The notes beneath the pieces are model-generated. The model was not told the DNA's origin. It was given only the letters and a program-made list of their open reading frames with translations, and ran no database searches. Shown piece by piece: positions 1 to 14,204 of a DNA stretch of 64,000 nucleotides. Made by a program: the position numbers and the translations under genes. Source of the stretch: Octopus sinensis (taxonomy: Eukaryota); NCBI RefSeq assembly GCF_006345805.1, contig NC_042998.1, forward strand, positions 114,328,001 through 114,392,000. Reading direction: 5' to 3'. The number at the start of each line of letters is the position of its first letter. Position 1 is the first letter of the stretch.

Positions 1-740
1 CCAACCTTGTTTTAATCGGGGCTTTAAGATCAGAAGCATTTCAGAAAATCTGTATCATGTACTTAGGACTACATAAGCGAAAATACCTTTCCTTTTACAA
101 AGTCTGCAGGCTGTTTCGTTGACGCATTCATGCATTTGCCTATACAAGTATTGATTCATAATTACACACTGAATTATATTATCTTATTTTTTGAAATAAT
201 GCAAAAAGCAGGATTAAGTTGTGATTCGAAACTGTGAAAAAAGAAAAAAACATCATTAACCTGTTTTGTTTAAAATTCTACTTTCTAATTTCTCCCTTAT
301 TTCGAATCAACATGGTAGAAAAGGTTAAGATGACCCATGCCAAATTTGAACCCACAAAGCGTCTATTCCAAGATGGTTATCATCCAGAAGAAACAATTAT
401 GTGATTCTTATCTCTGCCTCAAATCGATTACTTCTATATAGTGTGTACCAGACAGTTATACTTCATGTTAAACTCTTCCTAATTGGATTTAAAAACAGCT
501 CCTGATTTTGGAACCTTCATTGTTCTTTTAGCCATAAGAACAATAATTGAAGTGCATACTACTTCAATTACAAATTCTTGGGCCTAATTTACCAAACGCT
601 TCGCCTGTTTTTATCCATTTATTTATTTCTCTATTTGTCCGGCATTAAATAGCAATTCTAAATATATTTACGACACTATTTCCCAAATGGCGTTCCCCTC
701 ATGAATAAATGATTTCAGTGTTCACTACAACAGCAAGAAC

Positions 741-806
<66 letters not shown>

Positions 807-830
807 GTAATAATAATAACAATAATAATA
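741..830. repeat. (AAT)n microsatellite
   Basis: Direct reading of about 30 AAT units with few interruptions. Confidence 0.95.
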
Positions 831-905
831 ATCGATCTGTAGATTATCGGAGAATATCAGCCAAATGAAGCTGGCTGGGTCATTTTATATTTTTCCGTTT
901 GCACC

Positions 906-1320
<415 letters not shown>

Positions 1321-3071
1321 TGCGTGTTTTTGTATTATTTACTTTCATGAGATGCAAATAGGTACAAATCGAGGCAACAGAGAATTTAAGAGGCATTATA
1401 ACAAATTACATAAATTTAATATCAATAACCAAAAAAGTGGTAGGGGAAAAATTTCCCAAAAAAATAAAGAGCTAAACAAAATTACAAAAGAAAGAAAGTA
1501 AAGCTAGCAAATAACAAAGATAATAACATAACCAAAGGAAAAAAAGAAACAAAAATAAAAAAAACAACAATATGGCAGAAATGTGCGTCTACGCGGAGAG
1601 TTGCTTTGTCTTTTTTTTTTTTTGTTATTGTCTTGGCTCACTTCTGCTGAATTAAGAGCTCAATGGAAGCGTTCTGGCGAATTAGCGTCTACGGTATTTG
1701 AAAATAGCATTATTTTGTCTGTAAAATTATATCACTTTCGGCTGAGTTGTGTTGGTTTGGTTGAATTTCTTCTTGTCTCTTTCCAGTGTATATATTTGGG
1801 GATTTCACAGCAACCATTTTCAATTCGTTATCGTTTGTTTCTAGCTTACTTTGGTTGATTTAGTTTGGTTGACCAATAAACATTTAAATTGGTGTTTATT
1901 GGTCTCCGTCAGTTACGTATGTCTCTGTTTATCTCTTCTCACTCTGCCACTACCTTTTCCTCTGTCCCTCTTCTTATCCTTCCTCCTTATTCCTCTCTCT
2001 TTCTCTCACTCTCACTCTCACTATCTCTTCCATCTTTCTCTCTCTCTCTTTCTTTCTTTCTCTTGGTAGCTTATGCTTCATTTTTGTTTTTTTCTATGAG
2101 TGCGTCAGAGTTCTAATCGTTTTATAGAATGTTGACTTTCAGTTTCGTTCTGTTTTTAGTTGTTCCCACTTGTTTGTTTGTGCAGTTGTTGTTATTGTTA
2201 TTGTTATTATTATTGTTATTGTTGTTATTGTTATTGATTTCGTTGATGTTTTGTATTCTTTCACTTGCTCCACTGAACAGCAAATTCCTTTCGAAATATA
2301 ATGCCTAACAAAAACACAATAAATCATCATAAAATAAATAGAAATGTAAATATACAATACACTCTGCTAGTATTTGCATCCGTTAGTGGAATATGAGATG
2401 AGCAATGGCTAAGTGGATATGTTCTGTGTTCCCAAGTTTTTGGACGTGAGTTCGTTTCATTGCATCTCGGGCGACATATGCTACCCTTTATCTTATTGTC
2501 TTTGACTCCCTCTCTAGAAAATGCCACCCAGATCCTTCTAGGTGAACATCATTTATAAATTTCACGAATGACCTATTCATGAAATGAGTTATAACTCATC
2601 CACATAATAATATATTAATGAGAGAGGAGTATAAGTCATAAAGCCATGACATATTTTGACCAAAGGATTTTATAGCTGATCATTAGTGATTTCTTGTATT
2701 TTTATCTCCATATTTCGGCATTCCTTCAATTAGATATATATTTGATAATCTTTTCCGTGTACTATTTTTACCAGTACATCCCTGAGAAGATTCAGGTTCA
2801 CACACTTGTAACGATTTTATTTAAAATCCCAACACAGGTGTAATTCTTCGTGCCAATTACGAAAATCATAACATACCGTAACGATTTTAAAGAAAGCGCC
2901 ATCTTTCAATTTTGTTTTTGTTTTGGAAAGGCGAAGTTACGAATTTCAAAACTTGTTACGTTTGAGAAATCGATAATGAAACGCGAAAATCCTTTAAAAT
3001 GAAAATATTTAGTGAAAGAAAACGAAAAATTTTCTATTTTAATTACAGTGAAATTTTGCTATGCACTAAAA

Positions 3072-3243
3072 AACCTAATCCTAATACTCAACCTAATTCT
3101 AAACTCTAAGTCTAACTTCCCCTCAAACCGAAAACCTTGAAAATTAAGCCAACTTTAAATTCTACATCCTAATCTTCAGCCTTAACCCTAAACCTAGTAC
3201 CAGCCCCAGAACTAGTCCTAGCCACAGACCTAGTCCTAGCCCC
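3072..3243. repeat. Degenerate CCTAAC/CCTAGC-type hexamer array (telomere-like)
   Basis: aacctaatcctaatactcaacctaattctaaactctaagtctaac...cttaaccctaaacctagtaccagccccagaactagtcctagccacagacctagtcctagcccc. Confidence 0.55.
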
Positions 3244-3637
3244 AAGATGGACTGAATTGTTCGTTGTGGGAGTATAATCAAATAACGTGGCAATGTTGGA
3301 TGAGATGCCGAGAAAGGATAATCTTTAAGGGTTTTCTTAACTCTTATTGATTTCTAAAAAGTGTGGCGGTGGGGATAAATGGTTGTAGTGTAGTTCAATA
3401 ATGTTGATGGTTGATGTTGATGGTTCAATATCGTTGCAATGTGATAGAAGCTGTATTGGTGGGAGTTGATAATGTAAAAGAACAAAGCTGGAATACATGG
3501 CGGTAGAGAAGTTGATGGAAGTATACAGTGTATGGAAAAAGTGCTAGAAGAATCAGCTAAGTAGGTGGGAGGAAAGTACCTAGAGTAATAGTGTTTCAAT
3601 AGATGGTAGAAGTAAATAACGTAGTGTTATAATCTTA

Positions 3638-4766
3638 ACTAAGTTACAGGGACGTAAACACACCAATACTGGTTGTCAAGCGATGATGGAGGAAACAGAG
3701 GGAGAGAGGGAGAGAGAGGTATGTATGTATATACATACACGACAGAAGTAAATAAATACTCCATAAAATATCGTATTATGTTTATTTTAACTTGAAACGG
3801 TTTATATCTTTTATTAATTGACATTTTCATGTTTTAGGTTCTATATGTAACTGTTTAATCATGTCACATACAAAAGAAGGCTTGGAACTGTCCGAAATTC
3901 AAAGAGACCGTATTGTGGATCAATATGAAGGTGGAAAACCTTGGGTTCCCGCTTTCTACAGTTAATAGAGTGATCGTGCAATTCACTAGAGAAAAGAAGG
4001 AGTCCACAATACATCGCCCAGTTCGACCAGTCCTCTCTGACAGGACCCTTCGCTTTGTTAAATGAAGTGTAAAGGATAATCCTCGTTGCAAGCCCTCTGA
4101 CAGAGCAGAACAAGTTGATGTTAATCCCAGAACAGCTGTTAGGTATCTCTACAAACTTGACTACTTTGGCAGAGAAGTAAGAAGGAAGCCACTTCTTCGA
4201 CCAGCCAATATCAGGTGGAGAAAAGATTTGCTATATTTTCTGAACTCTGTGATCAAGAATTTGACATGAAAAGTTTGCAGCCAACAATGAAACACGGCAG
4301 CTATTTTGTGATGGTCTAGGGAGTAACTTGGAGCAATGGTCGATCAGTGATGGTGGAATGTGATGTAAATATAAACTTTGATAGATATGTGCCCACATTG
4401 TACAAAGGATTCCTCCCACTCTTCTCCACTGGGGAAGACTATTTATGGAAGAAAAACCTATTGAGCACCTCTGGGACAATGGACAGGACACTTCCTAATA
4501 AGTACAAAAAAGCATCTTCAAAACTAGATCTTTTGAGATTACTGCATGAAACTTGGCAAGAAATTCCTCAAGAGAATATTCGTCATCTGATCGGTAGCAT
4601 GCCTAATAGGGTCCTTGCATTGAAACATGCAAAGGACAAGCCTACTAAATTAGATATTCACATTATAATAATTAATAAATAATTTGAATATATAATTCCA
4701 GATTTAAATATACTTTAACGATTATAAGTGTGTGCATTTAATTCTGTCATGTTTGTGTGTTTGTAT

Positions 4767-4802
<36 letters not shown>

Positions 4803-5070
4803 ATATATACATACATATATATATATAGCGTATGTGTATATATATGTATATATGTGTGTGTGTATATGTATGTATGCATGTATATACGTATGAATGTATG
4901 TGTGTGTGTGTGTGTGTGTGTATGCATGTATATACGTATGAATGTACATATGTGTATATGTATACGACGGACTTCTTTCAGTTTCCGTTTATCAAATCCA
5001 CTCACAATGCTTTTTATCAGTCCGAAGCTGTAGTAGACAATAGACGACACTTGCCCAAGGTGTCGCGTAT
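3638..5070 (-). mobile_element. tRNA-derived SINE family B copy split by a Tc1 insertion
   Basis: 3638-3690 matches the 3' half and 4966-5070 the 5' half of the SINE seen whole at 48527-48930; the Tc1 lies in the internal microsatellite between them. Confidence 0.6.
3738..4751 (+). mobile_element. Internally deleted Tc1-like DNA transposon
   Basis: Imperfect TIRs CACGACAGAAGTAAAT (after TA) and CATGACAGAATTAAAT (reverse complement at 4736-4751). Broken transposase from ATG 3861: [27 protein letters not shown], and the C-terminus WQEIPQENIRHLIGSMPNRVLALKHAK. The catalytic core is largely deleted. Confidence 0.75.
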
Positions 5071-5403
5071 GCCTACATACAATCATCCATATATAGCCAT
5101 GGAATAAGTATAAAGAGCACTTCTGTTATGGAATGCATATCAACGCAATAAATATTCGTGGAACAGGTGCAACAAAATTTGTAGAACCTATTGTTTTATT
5201 CAAACAGACAAAGACATTTTGTCTCTTTGTCAGAAACCAGATTTCTCCTCCTGATAAAAATATAATAAATAATAAATGTGAAGACATACAGATATACAGA
5301 CGTACATACACACCCACAAACAGATATAGTACGCGCCGGTCGGTCTGGGAATAGAAATCACAAATGTACGACTTTGGGTTCAATACCATATACTTTATGT
5401 GTG

Positions 5404-5449
<46 letters not shown>

Positions 5450-5985
5450 TTGTATGTGAGAGGACATTTCACTGAGTGTATCAGTAGAAACAGACAATAC
5501 GTACATGCGAATAAGCTCAATTCTTTACAGAGAAAAATCTCGCGAACATTAAACATATAAATGCGTACACAAATATATAGTTATATAAATATATTTCTAG
5601 TCATGCAGACATACACACACATGCGCACCATACACATGCGACACACACATACTCTCACACACATCCATTCTCACGTGCCCGCTCCCGACGAATAATCGCG
5701 ACAAAAAAAAACCCTATGTCTATCATTCACTTTCTGTCCTTTGCATACACAGATGCACATGTAAAAATGCTTGTGACATATATCAATTGTATGTATGTAT
5801 GTATCTAAGTATGTCTGTGTGTGTATGGGGGGGGGGGTGAGTGCTATTATTTATCGAAGTATACAGATAGTCCTGTATACAAATGTCAATCAGTAATGGC
5901 TTTTTTCATAATGAATATTATAAATCTTATGCAAACTGTTATATGCCGCCTACCAATACAACAATATATTTGGATATGCGTACAG

Positions 5986-5989
<4 letters not shown>

Positions 5990-6063
<74 letters not shown>

Positions 6064-6518
6064 CATACATACATATATATATATACATACATATATATGT
6101 AGATAATATATATATATATATATAATATATTATATATATCATAATACATATATATATATATATACTACATATATATACATATCTTTATATATATATATAT
6201 AATATATATATATTATATGTATGTTATGTATGTATATGTATGTATGTATGTATGTGTGTGCGTGTGTGTATATATAAATGCAGGCGATCGTGTGTGTTTA
6301 TGTATGTATATGACGTAAACAACATTTATGTTCATATATATGTTTGTGTTTGTGTGTGCGTATGGTTATGGGTGTATGCACACACATACATACATACATA
6401 CATGAATACACATAAATACATAAATATACATGTACTAATACATGTGTATAAGTATATATATATGTGTGTGTGTGTGTATAAAGCTCTTTATTTGTCAATC
6501 TATACACCTATACATATA

Positions 6519-6554
<36 letters not shown>

Positions 6555-6616
6555 GTATGTATATTATATACACACCACACACATCCACACACACACACAA
6601 CAACATATATATATAA

Positions 6617-6655
<39 letters not shown>

Positions 6656-6700
6656 ATATGCATACATATATACACACCTACACAGAAGTACCAGCAGACA
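5990..6700. repeat. Long (TA)n/(TACA)n/(TG)n compound microsatellite
   Basis: Direct reading. Confidence 0.9.
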
Positions 6701-7368
6701 TACATACATATATACATGCATTCTTATATGTTTGTCTGTGCCTGAATATTGCAATTCTATATGTATGTGTATACACCCAATCGAAAGAGAAAGAACGCGA
6801 ACATACTGCTTCATTTATTTATATATTTGTATTGCTGTCTTTGGCACACACAAAAAAAAAATAATTGTGTTGAAACGATACAAATGATATTATGTATTAT
6901 ATCGATGCTATGAAACTTAGAAACAGACGAGAAAAATAACAAATATAATACGTACCTAACTATATATTTACATACATACGTACAGGCAGAAAGAAAGACA
7001 CAGGGACACACACGCACGCACACATACACACTCATACATATATGTGCTTATTATATATATATATATATATATTGTACATTCTTATTCATAACCCAAATTA
7101 AATAATCAATGCTTCTTGGCTGATTATCTTATAGTTTTCTGGGCAATTTATGAAAAAAAATTCCCTTTAATCATTTTGGCAGCAAATGTTTTCAATAATG
7201 CCGACTTTTAATTTGCACCATTTTTTTTTTTTTTGCTAACTGCTGTAAATAAAACCAAAATACGTTGGAAACGAAGATATATTGGTTTCCTTTTTTCATA
7301 TCTGCCTGCCTGTCAGTCTGTCTGTCTGTTTGTCTCTCCCTGTCTCTCTGTCTGTCTGTCTCTCTCGC

Positions 7369-7412
<44 letters not shown>

Positions 7413-7533
7413 ATAACATATTTCTATTATATATATATATATACACATACATATATCTGTATCTATATCAATATATATGTACATATATTTGTGTGTGGTA
7501 TGTGTGAATGTGTGTGAGTATGTGTGTAAGTGA

Positions 7534-7584
<51 letters not shown>

Positions 7585-8223
7585 GTAGAAAATTATGGAA
7601 TATTGGTATGATGTTGTTTCTGAATTAGTGAACTGACATTTGTTGTTCTTATTGTTAATGTTGTTCATATTGTGCTTAAAGCCCTCCCTCATATCACATC
7701 AACTATGAGCTGAACGAACTATTATGTGATTAACGACGCTCCAGATACGACCATCCTCTCTCCCTGTATATTTACTACTACGTTGTCTAATACGTTTTTG
7801 CTTTTCTGTAGTCTTATAGTGTTCTTCGAGCGACCACATAGATTATATCCAGTTGATTTTGTCCGGGATAGTAGTATTGACTTATCTTAAAAGGACTGAA
7901 TGGTATGACTTGGAGGAGGTCTGTATGTTATTTCTAGCGTTTCAGACGACCACTGTGAAACCCCCTTTCAATTCGTTGTTGTCATCATCTGCCATTTAGT
8001 TATAATATTGGAATGTCTGGGGGAATGTCTGTGAAGAAAAAAATTGTCTATATGTTATTGAATAAGCGTGTTGACTGATGTTGAGAAATGAACTGACAGG
8101 CCATGATGGTGTTGGTAAAGGTAGTGGTTACGGTGGTGATGGTGGTGGTGGTGGTAGTGGTGACAGGAGGGAAGGTGTTTCATGGTAGGAGTTATCATAC
8201 TGCAATATTATTGCCAATGGCAT

Positions 8224-8323
8224 NNNNNNNNNNNNNNNNNNNNNNNNNNNNNNNNNNNNNNNNNNNNNNNNNNNNNNNNNNNNNNNNNNNNNNNNNNNNN
8301 NNNNNNNNNNNNNNNNNNNNNNN
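8224..8323. other. Assembly gap (100 N)
   Basis: Run of exactly 100 N, a typical placeholder of unknown true size. Confidence 1.
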
Positions 8324-8985
8324 AATATATGTGCGTTTGTTTGTGTGTGTGTGAAATCTTAAGAATCTATTACATACGGCGGCAGTGTGACATGTGAACG
8401 GTTATACGATTATGTGAGTTTTAAAATATATAATGCTCATATAAGGCAAACTCCCTGCTGAATATATATGTTCATTTAGATGAAGACACTCTCCAATTCA
8501 ATTGCTGTCATACTGCGTATACGAATATATGTGTATCCGCACATTCGTGTGTGTGTGCATGTATATGTGTATGCGTGTGATTGGTTGTGTGTATGAGTAT
8601 ATATATATATATACATAAATATATGCATTTATTCTTGGTAGTGGTTTATATAAGCTTGTATATGTTTTGCTTGTATAGCGTGTTTGCTTGACGATAAATG
8701 GCGTTATTTTATTCCAATCCTCACGTTGTTATTCCTTGATTTGAAATTTCTACCTTTTGTTTTACATTATTTCATATTCATAAGCGGATGGGGTCGGGGA
8801 AGTTGTTGCCACTACGCTGGCGAAGAGTTTTGTTTTGTAGATGTCACTATGTGCGTGCGCGCATGTGTGTATGTATGTATGTATGTATGTATGTATGTAT
8901 GTATGTATATATATATATATATATGTATGTATCAAGAACAATCTTACTTAGAAATGGATGCGTGCATTCCGTCATATAATATATT

Positions 8986-9374
8986 AATAAATAAAACATA
9001 TGCATATATATATATATATATATACATATATGTACGTACCTACCTCTACATGTATATATACACGCATATATGGGTACAGGACACGCAAAAAAACGTCGAA
9101 CACAATGAGAAACGGAAACATAAACACAAAAACAAGGAACTGGACATGAAACCATGGCGACTGAAGAAGGGGAATTTCCTTGTGTTATTTGTCCTGTACT
9201 CTATTTTTTGTTTGTTTAAGAAAAATGTCCAGTTCCTTGTTTTGTGTTTATGTTTCCGTTTCTCATTGTGTTCGACGTTTTTTTTGGTGTCCTGTACCCT
9301 ATATGCGTGTATATATAATGTAGAGGTAGGTACGTACATATATGTATATATATATATATATGAATATGTTTTAT

Positions 9375-9378
<4 letters not shown>
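8986..9378. repeat. Foldback element: ~155-160 bp inverted arms with a 77-bp spacer, in TA-rich flanks
   Basis: 8986-9147 is the near-perfect reverse complement of 9225-9378 (e.g. gtacaggacac..cgtcgaacacaatgagaaacggaaacataaacacaaaa..caaggaactggacat). Confidence 0.9.
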
Positions 9379-9427
<49 letters not shown>

Positions 9428-9924
9428 ATATATATATATATATATGGTGAGAGAGAGAAGAAATGTAGACGAGAGTGGGAGAACTACTGTGAAACAGAGG
9501 CATATTGACGGACATTCTTCATTTGTTCCCTGGTCTCTCAACTCTTGATGAGCTCGTAGTGTGACCAATGCCCGTTAATGTTATTTAATGCTAAATGAAA
9601 CAGTCATTTGTGGGGGATGTTTATATTTCTTCCAGTATGTGATCCACTTTATCTAAGTAGTCACCCAAGCCATTAAGTTCTAGCAAACGCAAGAATCAGG
9701 TTTCATCTCTATATTTGAATGAAAACTGTTTTATAGCTGAAATAAACATCAGAGATGCTTTATTTCACGCAGATACAGCAGCAGATACTTCAAAGGAAAG
9801 CAAGCTCTTCTTCCGATGTTGACTAAAGCCATCGCAATATTGGAAACTCTTCTGTATCTTCAGCAAGTATCTCATGGTTACAAGCATTTCGCCCTTTAGC
9901 CTGAGTGAAGCAATGAAGACTGAA

Positions 9925-10395
9925 TTATTCTTTACCTGCAGGAGGATTTTGTCTGCGATCTTTTGTCAACCACAACAACTTAAGAGTTTGTTTCAGCTGC
10001 CATGGCTATCTCCTTTGTGGGTTTCATCTGTTGTATGTGCTCGAAACCAATCTTCTTCAGAGAATAGAACACCGAATTTATTGGGAAACTGCAGCAGCTG
10101 ACTTTAATAGGAAGTGAGTCTGCATGTTATCCTTTGACAAGAGCCTCACCAATAAAGTTCTTCACTTTCTTTTAGAATTTAGACCACGGCCATGCTGGGG
10201 CACTGCCTTGAAGAATTTTTAGTCGAACGAATTGACACCAGTTCTTTTTTTTTAAGCCTGGTACCTACTTATTCTATCGGTTTCTTTTTGCCGAGCCTGA
10301 GACTTAAACAAAGAATATCGGTTGTCAAGTGAAGGGTGGACAAAGACGCAAAGACACACACAACCACACCACACACACACACACACACACACACA

Positions 10396-10450
<55 letters not shown>

Positions 10451-10880
10451 CAGGATTTTTTTCTGTATCCGTCCGTCTACCAAATCCACTCACAATGTTT
10501 CGGATGGCCCCCGAGCAGTAGGAGACACTTGCCCGAAGCAAACTATTTACCACACAGTCACGCCTGCGCCTATATAGCGAAAAATGTGAAACCAGTCATA
10601 CCAAAATAGTGAGATCAGCTAAGATTATTGTTTTTGCAACTTTTGATAGAAGGAACATGCCTAGTCGGAGCGATGGTACTGCGATCTCTTCTGGAAAGAT
10701 GAATCTACCATTCAGATCCATTTACACCCTTTAGTCTGAGGCATGATGCAAAATAGAAAACGGTTCTCCACAGCTGCTTTTGCCTTTGGAGATTTATCAC
10801 CTTTTCTTAGAAATTTGATACCTTGACCCGCTCACTTAGCAAATTCTATAGAATCTCGTCGTGCCACCGTTTGTATTAGA
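9925..10880 (-). mobile_element. HERO/NeSL-like non-LTR retrotransposon 3' ORF remnant (REL endonuclease), interrupted by a SINE
   Basis: Minus-strand pieces YKRWHDEIL; MDLNGRFIFPEEIAVPSLRLGMFLLSKVAKTIILADLT (degenerate RPD..ELT); LPIKVSCCSFPINSV..KEIAMAAETNS/LLWLTK. These parallel the clearer copy at 63788-64000. Stops and frameshifts are present. Confidence 0.6.
10175..10570 (-). mobile_element. tRNA-derived SINE family B with internal (CA)n
   Basis: Reverse complement has the head ggcgcaggcgtgactgtgtggtaa, the core gtgagtggatttggtagacgg and the tail gcagtgccccagcatggccg shared with copies at 18972 and 48527. Confidence 0.8.
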
Positions 10881-10899
10881 AATCTCCTCATACATACAT

Positions 10900-11881
10900 T
10901 GGTTTCAAATTTTGGTACACAGCCAGAAATTTCGGCAGAGGGGCAAGTCGATTACATCGATCCCAGTGCTGAACTGGTACTTATTTTATCGACCTCAATA
11001 GGATGAAAGACAAAATAAACCTTGGCGGAATTTAACTCGGAACGCAATGACGGACGAAATGCCGCTAATAATTTTTGCCAGGTGCAGTAACGGTCCTGCC
11101 AGTTCAACACCTTATGTATTATATTAATATTGGTTTCAAATTTTGGCACAAGCCCAGAAATTTTGGGGGAGGGGATAAGTCAATTACATCGACCCAGTGC
11201 TGAAACGGTACTTGTTTTATCGACTCTGAAAAGATGAAATGCAAAGTCGACGCCAGTTGAATTTCAACACTGTAAATGAAGACGGACGAAATGCCGCTAA
11301 GCATTTTTTTCTACTCTAGGTACAAAGCTCGACATTTTTGGGGAGAAGACAGTCGATTAGATCGTCCCCAGTACGCAACTGGTACTTAATTTATCGACTT
11401 CGAAAGAATGAAAAGCAAAGTCGACCTCGGCGGAATTTGAACTCAGAACGTAGTGGCAGACGAAATACCTATTTCTTTACTACCCACAAAGGGCTAAACA
11501 CAGAGAGGACAAACAAAGACAGACAAACGGATTAAGTCGATTACATCGACCACAGTGCGTAACTGGTACTTAATTTATCGATCCCGAAAGGATGAAAAGC
11601 AAAGTCGACCTCGGCAGAATTTGAATTCATAACGTAACGGCAGACGAAATACCTATTTCTTTACTACCCACAAAGGGCTAAACACAGAGAGGACAAACAA
11701 GGACAGACAAACGGATTAAGTCGATTACATCGACCACAGTGCGTAACTGGTACTTAATTTATCGACCCCGAAAGGATGAAAGGCAAAGTCGACCTCGGCA
11801 GAATTTGAACTCACAACGTAACGGCAGACGAAATACCGCTAAGCATTTCACCCGGCGTACTAACGATTCTGGCAGCCCTCC
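10900..11881 (-). mobile_element. Cluster of SINE family A copies including a tandem trimer with 184-bp period
   Basis: Repeated atcgaccccgaaaggatgaaaggcaaagtcgacctcggcggaatttgaactc; the reverse complement carries a B box (GAGTTCAAATTC) and an A-box-like TGGCAGAATCGTTAG. Confidence 0.85.
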
Positions 11882-11883
11882 GC

Positions 11884-11912
11884 ATCTATCTATCTATCTA
11901 TCTATCTATCTA

Positions 11913-11967
<55 letters not shown>
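11884..11967. repeat. (TATC)n microsatellite
   Basis: Direct reading. Confidence 0.95.
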
Positions 11968-11968
<1 letters not shown>

Positions 11969-12339
11969 ACACTCATGCGTATATTAGTATTGGCACTAAC
12001 GGCAACGTCACAACAAATCCAACAACTCGAAAACAAAATGCAACGTGGGACTTTTATATAGCAGTTCAATGTGCTTGAAGAAGCAGCCAATTCTCACTCA
12101 AATCATATCCTATTTTATTAAAAAATGAACATTTCGGATAACATGGTACTCTATACATACACATGACGGCCATAATTGGGATAGCATTGGTCATAAGTTT
12201 GCACGGTCGGGGCTGGCTTAGGGTTTAATACCAACAATAATACCATTATATACAGTGCCATTAACAGAAGCATCAACACACGTCAGCCACGCCTTCTTTT
12301 CTGCAATGCTCATATCACGAGATCTATGATTGTTAAGAC

Positions 12340-13250
12340 TTCTCCGACTACTACCATTACGACCACTACCACACCATCATCGCTTCCACCACTACGTAAA
12401 GACATCTACCACTGTTACCACCGCCTCCGCCAATAATACTGTCATCACCTCCCACGACTCCCATCACTACAAGCACCACCATCACCATCACTAGCAAAAC
12501 AAAACTACTACGGCGGTGACGGCGGCCAGCACCCCCAACTGTGCTCCATAATCTGTCATTACATTTCCAGCATTGACCCATCACCACCACCACTACCACG
12601 ACCACCACAACTACCACTGCCACCGTCACAACCACCGCCACTACCACCACTGTACCCACCCCTACCCCATATCCGCCTAATATCCCGCATACCTTGATGA
12701 CATTTAACTCAGCTACGACGACTATTAACCCGGCACCACCACCACCACCAACACCACCACCATCACTACCACATACATCACCGTGACCAATAGAAACCCC
12801 CAACCACGAAACACTTGGCTTACCACTACCACCACAACTAACCCCTCCCCCTACATTTACGCTTCACTACAAGCACCACTGCTACCAAAATTACCCAACC
12901 CCCACCACACCACTACCACCGTCGCCGCCGCCGCCGCCGCTGCCAGTAACGTCACCACGACCACCTACCTCTACAACAACCTAAACACACACATCATATA
13001 CAGCTGCAGTATCCAGCCATGTCGAATTAGAATTTTAAATAAAATGATAATATTAATAATATAGCAACAAAAACAACAACAACAACAACAACAACAACAA
13101 TTATGTATTCTGATCTTGTATGGTGCACGGTTGTTTTGGTTGATGTTGTAACTATTATTGTAACTATTGTTGTTGCTGTTTTTGTTATTGTTGTTGTTGC
13201 TATTGTCGTTGTTTGTCGTTGTTGTCGCCTTTGTCAGTTTTGGTGTTGAC
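12340..13250. repeat. Degenerate trinucleotide low-complexity tract (CAC/CAT/CAA then GTT)
   Basis: Direct reading; source of the poly-V/G/T ORFs. Confidence 0.8.
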
Positions 13251-13531
13251 ATTTCACCTTATTATCCAGTAGAGAGAAAGACGTACAAAATTAAAAATAT
13301 ACTGCAAAAAAAACCCAAAAAAACATACCCAATAAAAAGCATATATAATAAATATATATATAATTGAAAATACAAAATAAAAATAGATAATAAAATTATA
13401 TAAAATGTATAGTTAATATCTAAAGATATTTACACACCACACACACACACCACACACACACACACACACACAAATATATATAGATTATATATATATATAT
13501 ACACATAAATATATATACTAATATATATATA

Positions 13532-13570
<39 letters not shown>

Positions 13571-14204
13571 AATATATATATAATATATATATATATATTA
13601 TATATATATATATATAAATAATAAAAGTATGAAAAAAATATATAATAAACCCTACTTCACCGGCAAATAGAAAAGGAACAAGAAGAAAAACTTCATCCAA
13701 CCAATTTTTAGCGAAGTAAACAGAGAGACAAGCACAGACAAACAGACAAAAGAGAAGGTTTGTCAGTCCAGACCAGAGATGTCACGTGGATAGAACATGG
13801 CATTGTTTGGTTGGTCATTGCTTTCATTCTACTTGTGAGATCTCGTTTATTTATTTATTTATTTATATATATTTATTTATTTGTTTTAATAGACATTTAC
13901 TCTGTTGTTTATTTGAAACTCCACCTCCCATTAACTCTCTCTCTGTCTCTGTCTCTGTCCGTCTGTCTATCTATTATGTCTTTTTCTCTCTAAATACATA
14001 AATAGAAGCATACACACATAGACACACACACTATACATGTACATGCATCTCATCAAAAAATATCTCTCAATCTCTGTCCTTCTCTTTACCCATCTATCAA
14101 TTCAGTTGCTACTTAAGGTAGTCAGATGTAGAAGAATGAGAGAATGCATTCATGTGTGTAATACGTCCGGGGCACATATCACTCTAGCTGAACATTTCAA
14201 TTTA

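Noticed and set aside
7930-7995. Minus-strand CAGAUGA..GACAAC/GUCGUC..GAAA hammerhead look-alike upstream of a TA tract
   Set aside because: U4 is mutated, stem II closure mismatched, and no UH triplet or stem I; it may be an old relic but is not supportable.
11315-11881. Regularly spaced repeats resembling a CRISPR array
   Set aside because: Units are about 184-bp SINE bodies with identical linkers, not short repeats with unique spacers, and there are no cas genes in a eukaryotic context.
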